This document shows, piece after piece, positions 15,599 to 23,191 of a DNA stretch of 25,220 bases. Position 1 is the stretch's first letter. Each line of letters begins with the position of its first letter. This DNA comes from a virus. Taxonomy: Duplodnaviria > Caudoviricetes. The stretch lies in IMG/VR virus record IMGVR_UViG_3300020362_000305, positions 1-25,220 of that record. The stretch is one strand, 5' to 3'. Under the pieces are notes generated by a model. That model did no database searches. It was not told the origin of the DNA and saw only the letters and a program-made list of their open reading frames with translations. Position numbers and translations under genes: made by a program.

Positions 15599-16575
15599 CA
15601 GCATTATTTGTTGCATCACCAACCTATGCAGAGGGTGTAGGTGGGGTTTCTGCCACAGCAAATCCGATCGCCAATAGTTCTGGCTCGGTAACCAATCAAG
15701 CTATACAGGTTTTGCAAGGACCGTATATAACTAACACTTATGGAAATGGGGTCAGTTGTCAAGGTAAAACACTCAATATAACTCCATACTTCCAGTTTGC
15801 AGATTCTAGAAAGCATCCTTGGGAGGATTTTTATAACGAACCACAATATAATACTACAGATATAACAGGTAGAATGGTAGATCAGACTAGAACTGTTAAA
15901 AACTATCCTTGGGAAACTTGGTACAATACTGAACTCAAATCAGATGGAACTAGATGGTTTGATGATGGTGATGACATGGAAATTACAGAGCAAGTTCCCG
16001 CAGGAGATGGAGTTCCAGATGCAGTAGTAAATCAATCATTAGACCCTATTTGGTACAAACCTATCAGAACAGACATGAGAGCAAACCAAAGTTTTAACCT
16101 TGGTATATCTGCTACCTTGTCTATACCATTAAATAAAAAATTAAGAGATCAATGTGAGGAAGCGGCACAGGCACAGATAAATCATCAAGTACAATTAACA
16201 TCAAATAAGAGACTCGATTTTGAATTGGCAAGATTGAAAAACTGTGGTGAGTTAAAAAAAGCTGGAATATTTTTCCACCCTCAGTCTCAATATGCTTCTA
16301 TTTGCTCAGATGTTGTAGTTACAGCACCAGGTGGTCAAGTTATGCCACATGAACATAATCTACCACAACCAGAGTGGACTCCTCCTACTTCCTCTTCAAA
16401 GGTGGTAGACCCTTTGAATCCCGATACTTATTTGATTGAACCTCGGAACGAGTCAACTTCTTCTCTGTCTTACCAAACTTTTTCTTCACAGACTCTATCC
16501 CCTTCTTCACAACAGGTTTCACAACCCGAAGAAGGAGGTCTGCTAGGGGTTTGGCAAATAGGGCAGACGCAGTAG
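15283..16575 (+). CDS. Secreted / putative outer-membrane protein 3; true start uncertain (signal peptide encoded at about 15560-15630)
   Basis: RKRNRYYKY-IYTIAALFVASPTYA|EG signal-like segment, 4 Cys in the mature part, and amphipathic strands TLNITPYFQF and FNLGISATLSIPL followed by a long helix. Confidence 0.7.
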   Translation: MGILSNRGGNRKWSEPRESKCDKLHSPSNARSVGNERQWSDNQYTNLIIRFIRSIQSTKLHTNNTRWSIPVHSKLSRTWHDKSNNNSKNNNNRKRNRYYKYIYTIAALFVASPTYAEGVGGVSATANPIANSSGSVTNQAIQVLQGPYITNTYGNGVSCQGKTLNITPYFQFADSRKHPWEDFYNEPQYNTTDITGRMVDQTRTVKNYPWETWYNTELKSDGTRWFDDGDDMEITEQVPAGDGVPDAVVNQSLDPIWYKPIRTDMRANQSFNLGISATLSIPLNKKLRDQCEEAAQAQINHQVQLTSNKRLDFELARLKNCGELKKAGIFFHPQSQYASICSDVVVTAPGGQVMPHEHNLPQPEWTPPTSSSKVVDPLNPDTYLIEPRNESTSSLSYQTFSSQTLSPSSQQVSQPEEGGLLGVWQIGQTQ

Positions 16576-17200
16576 CAACTGTCGCTATGACCGCAGTAGT
16601 CGATACAACCTCTATAGAGGGTAAAAATTGTTCTACTACAGGAACTGGTTCCCATATAGTCTCACAGATTTTACCATCAGGTGATAATTTATATGCTTTT
16701 ACTTGTTCCTTTCCTGTCTGAGATCTATCTCCTATTCTTCTAGCATTTGGTGGAGGACACTCTACTGACTCAGCAGTAGTGGGTGGTGTCTCTGGTGGTG
16801 TTACATCAGGTGTAGGTGGTGTAGGTTGTTCACTTGTGTCTACTGGTGGTGCTTCTGGTTGTTCTGTTATTACTGTTTCCCATGTTAAATCCTCTCGTTC
16901 ATAGTCAGGCGGTTCGTAGTAAGGAAGACCGCCATCACATAATACAATATTACCTTTGGGGTCGTCATTTACTAGTGCCTTGTTGTTATTGCCTTCCTTC
17001 CGACTGGAATTCTCTCGACTTATCTTCACGCAACCAGGCATATCCACGATTGGAGCTCCAATCAGAATAGTTGCAGGTGGATGCACTGGTATTGATGATG
17101 GTGGAGTAAATAACCATATTCGAGTATCAGATACACCGATTGGTTGTATCTGATTAAAAGGAATACTTACACCATTTAAGTTAATATAGGGAATTGACAT
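16385..17200 (-). CDS. Pro-rich, C-terminally membrane-anchored protein, unknown function
   Basis: Pro/Thr/Glu linker, 4 Cys, hydrophobic VVSTTAVIATVATASALFA segment and a Lys-rich tail. Confidence 0.8.
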   Translation of the reverse strand: MSIPYINLNGVSIPFNQIQPIGVSDTRIWLFTPPSSIPVHPPATILIGAPIVDMPGCVKISRENSSRKEGNNNKALVNDDPKGNIVLCDGGLPYYEPPDYEREDLTWETVITEQPEAPPVDTSEQPTPPTPDVTPPETPPTTAESVECPPPNARRIGDRSQTGKEQVKAYKLSPDGKICETIWEPVPVVEQFLPSIEVVSTTAVIATVATASALFAKPLADLLLRVVKPVVKKGIESVKKKFGKTEKKLTRSEVQSNKYRDSKGLPPLKRK

Positions 17201-17301
17201 AATAATGCTATGCTCAAAGAACCCCAGAATATTCTAGGGACATGTTTTAGAGGGATTGTCGGTCGTGATTGATAGACCTTCATAACTTGACCGTAATTCA
17301 T
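17176..17301 (-). CDS. Small protein (41 aa) with hydrophobic C-terminus
   Basis: Not in the ORF track. MNYGQVMKVYQSRPTIPLKHVPRIFWGSLSIALLCQFPILT; ATGA-coupled to the upstream ORF. Confidence 0.6.
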   Translation of the reverse strand: MNYGQVMKVYQSRPTIPLKHVPRIFWGSLSIALLCQFPILT

Positions 17302-17462
17302 TTTTGTTTACCGTTGCTTGGGTAGAGTGATTTAATTCGTTTTTGTCTATCTTCTTCTCTCTTTCTTCTTCTTTCAACTGCTTCATCCCACCATGTTACT
17401 GGCCACCTTTGAAGTTTCAAAGCAGCAATCCATAATTTTTTTCTAGGTAGATGAAGTTTCAT
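17298..17462 (-). CDS. Small basic Trp-rich protein (54 aa)
   Basis: Not in the ORF track. MKLHLPRKKLWIAALKLQRWPVTWWDEAVERRRKREEDRQKRIKSLYPSNGKQK; ATGA overlaps at both ends. Confidence 0.65.
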   Translation of the reverse strand: MKLHLPRKKLWIAALKLQRWPVTWWDEAVERRRKREEDRQKRIKSLYPSNGKQK

Positions 17463-17605
17463 CTTTCCTTGCTCCTTCTCCTTCGGAAGTGTTCGTCAAT
17501 TCTTTTTTTACCCCAATACATTCCATACAACCATGCTGTAAATATAGCACCCTCAACCCATCCTAGAGTTTCCCATGCCCATTTTAAAAATTCCCAGAAA
17601 TTCAT
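17459..17605 (-). CDS. Small Trp-rich membrane protein (48 aa)
   Basis: Not in the ORF track. MNFWEFLKWAWETLGWVEGAIFTAWLYGMYWGKKRIDEHFRRRRSKER; hydrophobic helix plus basic tail; ATGA overlaps. Confidence 0.7.
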   Translation of the reverse strand: MNFWEFLKWAWETLGWVEGAIFTAWLYGMYWGKKRIDEHFRRRRSKER

Positions 17606-17832
17606 TGTTTTAAGATAGTACCTTTGACTGGTCCTGATGTCTCAGGCCAAGCATTTTTTAATTGTATGAAAACTTCTTCTGCGACAACTTGCCTTATTTG
17701 TTCAATTTGTGCTTCTTGTCTCTTTGCAGGTCCGTCATTAATGTTGTCAATTACTTGACCACCACCAACGATTGCACCTGTCCCAACGACTGCTGCTGCT
17801 GAACTATAAGTTGCTATCTTTTGAAGATCCAT
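17602..17832 (-). CDS. Small protein with N-terminal hydrophobic segment and helical domain (76 aa)
   Basis: SSAAAVVGTGAIVGGG followed by AKRQEAQIEQIRQVVAEEV; first gene after the minus-strand late promoter. Confidence 0.75.
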   Translation of the reverse strand: MDLQKIATYSSAAAVVGTGAIVGGGQVIDNINDGPAKRQEAQIEQIRQVVAEEVFIQLKNAWPETSGPVKGTILKQ

Positions 17833-17851
17833 AATAATATTATATCATATG

Positions 17852-17871
17852 TATTTAGACTAGGCTAAATA
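17852..17871. promoter_or_regulatory. Back-to-back late promoters (CTAAATA on both strands) forming a near-perfect 20-bp palindrome
   Basis: TATTTAGACTAGGCTAAATA in the 70-bp gap between divergent genes; 18/20 self-complementary. Confidence 0.7.
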
Positions 17872-17902
17872 ACTGAAGCACACTGTATCTACTGGTAGTG
17901 AG

Positions 17903-20900
17903 ATGCCATTAAATAAGCTAGAGAATTTTATTAAGAATACCGAGGGTAGAATCCTTTATGTAAATCCAAATGATTTGGATTCTACAGATAGTATTACTAA
18001 TCAGGGTAACTCCTTAACAAAACCTTTCAAAACAATTCAAAGAGCTCTTATAGAGTCAGCAAGATTTTCATATCAGTCAGGTATTGATAATGATGATACT
18101 GATAAGACAACGATCCTAATTTATCCAGGCGAGCATGTAATTGATAATAGACCAGGTTTTGCAATCAAACCAGACCCTACAGATGCTACGAGAGCATTAT
18201 CAGTTTCTCCTACAGGTGGAGAATCATTAGCATCAAATACTTTTGGTTTAAGTCTTACAAGTGAATTTGATCTAACAGTAGAAAATAATGTATTATATAA
18301 ATTTAACTCTGTTTATGGAGGTACAATAGTACCAAGAGGTACTTCCATAGTTGGTATGGATCTTAGAAAGACAAAGATAAGACCATTATATGTACCAAAC
18401 CCAACTGATGATGATGTACCCAAGTCTGCTATCTTCAGAATAACTGGTAGTTGTTACTTCTGGCAGTTCTCATTCTTTGATGGAGATGAAAATAGTTTAG
18501 TATATACTGACCACCAACAGTTTAACGAGGCAAATCAATCAAAACCAACATTCTCTCACCATAAACTCACCTGTTTTGAATATGCAGATGGTGTTAATGA
18601 TGTAGAGGGATATGTAACTGACCTTAGTATGTACTATTACAAACTAAGTTATGCATATCAAGAACCAACTGGTAGAGCAGTTAACTATGAGTATCCTAAT
18701 TTCTTAGGAGATTTTGATAAGGTAAGGCCAGAATATGAGATAGTTGGTGCATTAGGAAACGACCCACTTATAGTATCATCTATCATAGCAGGTGATGGTA
18801 CAACTGCAACAACTCAGGTAACTGTCACCACACAGACACCTCATGGATTAGTTACAGGTACACCAATTAAAATGAGTGGTGTAAATGTTACACCTTACAA
18901 TATATCAACAACGGTTCAGAGTGTAGAATCAGACACAGTATTTACATATCTAATACCTGATGTCCCTGCTAACTTACCTGCTACTCCTACAAATATTAGT
19001 GCAGCAAGAGTAACTATTGAATCAGATACTGTTAAAGGTGCATCACCTTATATCTTCAACTGTTCTCTAAGATCAGTATATGGTATGAATGGTATGAAAG
19101 CAGATGGTGCTAAAGCAACTGGTTTCAGATCAATGGTTGTAGCACAGTTTACTGGTATATCACTACAAAAAGATGATAGAGCATTTGTAAAATATAATAA
19201 AGAGAGTCGTCAATACGAAGGAATATCATATTCCAAAACAACTGGAGCTACACTAGCAGCAGAATCTAGTTCTACTGACCCTAACACAGTATATCACTTA
19301 GATAGTGGTGCTATCTATCGTAAGGGTTGGGAACAAAACCATGTAGAAATGGATAATGATGCAGTCATGCAGATTGTATCTGTGTTTGCTATTGGTTATA
19401 ATGGTCATATTAAAGGGTCAGGTGGATCAGACGCATCAATCACTAACTCTAACTCTAACTTTGGACAACATGCTCTAATTGCAGGTGGATTTAGACCAGA
19501 TGCTTTCCCAAGAGATGACCAAGGATATATTACACACATTGTTTCTCCTGAGTGGGTTCCTACTTATGAGGAAGATAGAGATAAGATATCATATTTCCAG
19601 TTAGATGTAAATAAAACACAACAGGCAGGTATATCATCACACCTATATCTCTCTGGATTTAACAGAGAAGATGTACCACCTCTACCATTAACACAGGGTT
19701 ACAGATTAGGTGCAAACTTAAATGAAGAATTATATGTATCCATAGGTGGAACTGAATATGGATCTCCAGTTTACATGACAGAGAATGTAACAACTGGTGT
19801 TCAAACTGCAAGCATTGGTATCAATTCACATCAAGGAACTAAATTCAGTCCTGCAGGTGTACCCAATACTAATTTTGAACTAGCAATCAATGATATTGGT
19901 ATTCAAAATGGAGAGACTATTCGTATTCTTAGTGATGATGGAGATTTGCCAGAGGGATTAGAACCAAATAGAGTTTACTATGCTATCAAACCTACACCGA
20001 CTGCATTAAAATTAGCAAGCACACTATCAAATGCTGTTAATAATATTCCAATATCAGTCTATGGTGGTAGTGAACTAAGAGTAGAAAGTAGAGTTAGTGA
20101 TAAGAAACCTAATGATATAGGACACCCAGTTCAGTTTGATGACACACAAAAGAATTGGTATGTATTGACCAATACTGGATCAGAGTTGTATAACCAACTC
20201 AACACCAATGATTATATTAAAAATAATGAGGAGACAGACGCATCATACTTCAAGAGATATGAAGATCGTAGAGGTATTGATAACAAATTATATAAAGTTC
20301 GCTATGTAATTCCAAAAGAGGCAGATAATTCCAGAGATCCCGTAGATGGATTTGTCTTACAACCTTCTAGTCAAACTGGATTTGCAAAAACATCTGATGC
20401 TACTGCTACATCAATCACTTCTGCAGATAATAATTTCAAGAGAAATTACGGGTTTATTGCTACATGTAGTGAGGTAGGCAATACTGTAACAGTCAGAGCA
20501 GAACTACCACATAATGTCAAGGTAGGACAACTTGTATATACTGAGAATGTTCTCGATAGTAACAACCCAACAGGTGCAGATAAGAGAGGATATAATGGAT
20601 TCTACAGAGTAACTGCAGTTCCAAATAATATGGAGTTCCAGTATGCTAATACAGATGTAGATGGGGACGCAAAGAATACAGGTAATTTCATAGACAATAC
20701 TGCAGACAGAGGATTAGGTTTACCTAGATTTACTGTTAAAGATAATATGGGCAACTTTGATGTCTACAGATCTACAGTATTGAAACCTTATGTCAAAGAT
20801 GAGACTGATGGTGTATATCTATTAGAAGTCTTAGCATCTGATTACAAACCACCTACCGAATTTACGGATCAGAGTTATAGTCAACAGGTTAGTGACTTCT

Positions 20901-23164
20901 ATCCACAGTTAGATAGAGATAATGTAAGAAAGAATCCACCTGCTATGAAATCATTTGCTAGGAGAGCTCCTCTTGGTAAGGTAGATTCTAACAACATACT
21001 TAACTCATCAACCAGAGAAGCAATAGATAAATTCTCACAAAACTTTGGTGTTGGTCTTGCTGTTTCTAGTGTTACTCCCGTATCAGCAGGAGTTGTAACA
21101 GTTCAACTATCAAATCAACATGATTTCAACGGGATAAAAGAGTATGAAAATCTATCACCATTTAGTAGTGGTGCAGGATTTGCTGTTACAGACAAATATA
21201 ATGTAAGATTATTAGATGGATCACAAAATTGGAATGGTGCAACAGCACATATAAAAGTTGGTGTTGGTTCTACTTCCATAACTTATTTCAAACTACAGTC
21301 ACCTGGCTCTGGTTATGTTGGTGGAGAGACACTATTCCCTGAGAACTTTGCAGGTGCATCTATAGGAGTTCCAACATCAGGTATTATTAATAATGTCAAT
21401 GATACAATACAAGTAACTGGTGTAGGTAAAACAGATGATGGATATTTTAGAATCTTATCATTCCCAAGTTCAAGTAGCATTGCTATCGCAGCTACATCTG
21501 GAGATCCTACAATAATTCCTCATAACTCAGCATCTGGACAATATATCTTTAAATCAGGTCCTTCCGTTGCAATAGCATCTACTCACTTTGATGTTACCAC
21601 AGGATTGACAACATTTACTACATCTACACCTCACAATATTAGAAGAGGAGGACAGTTTAGAGTAGTAGATCAGAACAATAATAAGGTAGGAGATTTCTAT
21701 AGTAATACCATTGCAAGTCCTACTGAATTTACATCAACCACAGTCACAGATCCAATATTTGTAGCAGGGTACAGAATACTACCACATGCTTTCTCTGATA
21801 ATAATCAGACAGTTGATGTTAAGGAAGCAATAGGTTCTAGATATTTCAATCTTTATGGTGGTGATAGTGTAGGATTAAAGACTGATATTAGTGTCACCCA
21901 GACTGTGATCCCTGTTCAACATGCTAGTGGTATTGGTACTGCAAATAGATTTGAATTAGGAGATTATCTTGAAGTCAATGAAGAGATTGTAAGAGTTGCT
22001 GCTACAGGACTAACTGGATCAGGAAATGACTCACTTACTGTTCTCAGAGGTCAGTTAGGAACAGTTCCTAAGACTCATGTTATTGGCACTCCAATGCGGA
22101 AGATAAAAACTCTGGCAGTGGAGGGTAGAAGACCTTCGATACTTAGAGCATCAGGTCACACATTTGAATATCTTGGATATGGTCCTGGTAACTACTCAAC
22201 TGGTCTACCACAAGTACAGAACAGAACTCTTACTGAGACTGAGGAATACCTAGCACAGTCACAAAATAGAGGTGGTGGTACTAATGTTTACACTGGTCTT
22301 AACAACAGAGGAGACTTCTTTATTGGTAATAAGAAGATTAACTCTGCTACAGGACAGGAAAAATCATTTGATATTCCCATCCCAAGTATAACAGGAGAAG
22401 ATCCTTCTGCAAACTCTGTTGTATTTGATGAAGTTACAGTTAAACAGAGACTTAATGTTGAGGGTGGTACTGGTCAAAACATACTATCACAACTTGATGG
22501 TCCTGTTACCATGACCAATGATGTTTCCATGACTGGTAAGGTAGTATCTAGTGGAACTATCGAACTAGCAGGAGACATTGACTTCTCTGGTTCATTCCCT
22601 AATGGTGCTGCTATCAACAATGTTCTTGTTGGTGTTGGTACTAATAAGAATGAGATTACAACTAGAACCCTTCAAGGTGACTTAATTCTAAATGCTGCAC
22701 CAGGTTTTAGAGTTGCAATCGCAACTGAAACTCAGTATGATGCACCTGTAACATATAATCAGTTAGTTCAGAATACTGGATTTACAACATTCGCAGGAGA
22801 TGTATATTTCGCAGGTGCAGGTGCTACATTCTGTGGAGGACCTTTACATGTCTGTGATGATATTGTTGCGTTCTATGGTCAATCATCTGATATATCATTA
22901 AAAGAGAATATATCCACACTCGATAATCCTCTTGCTAAAGTTATGCAAATTCGTGGTACTGAATATGACTGGAAGGAAGGTAACAAAAACTATTCTGGAC
23001 ATGATATTGGTGTGATAGCACAAGATATTGAAAAGGTTTTACCAGAAGCAGTATCTACAAAACCTGATGGCACAAAAGGTGTCCACTATAATAAACTAAT
23101 ACCTCTACTCATAGAGGCAGTCAAAGATCTTTCAAATAAGATTGATGACATTAAAGATAAATAA
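17903..23164 (+). CDS. Large virion structural / tail-fibre protein with C-terminal peptidase S74 intramolecular chaperone
   Basis: N-terminal YVNP...NQGNSLTKPFKTIQRAL; repeated VTT..PH beta-sandwich modules; C-terminal SDISLKENI...YDWK...DIGVIAQD.E.VLPEAV...V.YNKLIPLLIEAVKDL. Confidence 0.85.
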   Translation: MPLNKLENFIKNTEGRILYVNPNDLDSTDSITNQGNSLTKPFKTIQRALIESARFSYQSGIDNDDTDKTTILIYPGEHVIDNRPGFAIKPDPTDATRALSVSPTGGESLASNTFGLSLTSEFDLTVENNVLYKFNSVYGGTIVPRGTSIVGMDLRKTKIRPLYVPNPTDDDVPKSAIFRITGSCYFWQFSFFDGDENSLVYTDHQQFNEANQSKPTFSHHKLTCFEYADGVNDVEGYVTDLSMYYYKLSYAYQEPTGRAVNYEYPNFLGDFDKVRPEYEIVGALGNDPLIVSSIIAGDGTTATTQVTVTTQTPHGLVTGTPIKMSGVNVTPYNISTTVQSVESDTVFTYLIPDVPANLPATPTNISAARVTIESDTVKGASPYIFNCSLRSVYGMNGMKADGAKATGFRSMVVAQFTGISLQKDDRAFVKYNKESRQYEGISYSKTTGATLAAESSSTDPNTVYHLDSGAIYRKGWEQNHVEMDNDAVMQIVSVFAIGYNGHIKGSGGSDASITNSNSNFGQHALIAGGFRPDAFPRDDQGYITHIVSPEWVPTYEEDRDKISYFQLDVNKTQQAGISSHLYLSGFNREDVPPLPLTQGYRLGANLNEELYVSIGGTEYGSPVYMTENVTTGVQTASIGINSHQGTKFSPAGVPNTNFELAINDIGIQNGETIRILSDDGDLPEGLEPNRVYYAIKPTPTALKLASTLSNAVNNIPISVYGGSELRVESRVSDKKPNDIGHPVQFDDTQKNWYVLTNTGSELYNQLNTNDYIKNNEETDASYFKRYEDRRGIDNKLYKVRYVIPKEADNSRDPVDGFVLQPSSQTGFAKTSDATATSITSADNNFKRNYGFIATCSEVGNTVTVRAELPHNVKVGQLVYTENVLDSNNPTGADKRGYNGFYRVTAVPNNMEFQYANTDVDGDAKNTGNFIDNTADRGLGLPRFTVKDNMGNFDVYRSTVLKPYVKDETDGVYLLEVLASDYKPPTEFTDQSYSQQVSDFYPQLDRDNVRKNPPAMKSFARRAPLGKVDSNNILNSSTREAIDKFSQNFGVGLAVSSVTPVSAGVVTVQLSNQHDFNGIKEYENLSPFSSGAGFAVTDKYNVRLLDGSQNWNGATAHIKVGVGSTSITYFKLQSPGSGYVGGETLFPENFAGASIGVPTSGIINNVNDTIQVTGVGKTDDGYFRILSFPSSSSIAIAATSGDPTIIPHNSASGQYIFKSGPSVAIASTHFDVTTGLTTFTTSTPHNIRRGGQFRVVDQNNNKVGDFYSNTIASPTEFTSTTVTDPIFVAGYRILPHAFSDNNQTVDVKEAIGSRYFNLYGGDSVGLKTDISVTQTVIPVQHASGIGTANRFELGDYLEVNEEIVRVAATGLTGSGNDSLTVLRGQLGTVPKTHVIGTPMRKIKTLAVEGRRPSILRASGHTFEYLGYGPGNYSTGLPQVQNRTLTETEEYLAQSQNRGGGTNVYTGLNNRGDFFIGNKKINSATGQEKSFDIPIPSITGEDPSANSVVFDEVTVKQRLNVEGGTGQNILSQLDGPVTMTNDVSMTGKVVSSGTIELAGDIDFSGSFPNGAAINNVLVGVGTNKNEITTRTLQGDLILNAAPGFRVAIATETQYDAPVTYNQLVQNTGFTTFAGDVYFAGAGATFCGGPLHVCDDIVAFYGQSSDISLKENISTLDNPLAKVMQIRGTEYDWKEGNKNYSGHDIGVIAQDIEKVLPEAVSTKPDGTKGVHYNKLIPLLIEAVKDLSNKIDDIKDK
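23157..23163 (+). promoter_or_regulatory. Putative late promoter ATAAATA
   Basis: Overlaps the upstream stop, 28 nt before the ATG at 23192. Confidence 0.55.
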
Positions 23165-23191
23165 CTCACAGGGTTTTACCTACAAAAGATA

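Noticed and set aside
17222-17239. Imperfect palindrome CCCCAGAATATTCTAGGG
   Set aside because: It lies in a coding region, has no loop or U-tract, and could arise by chance.
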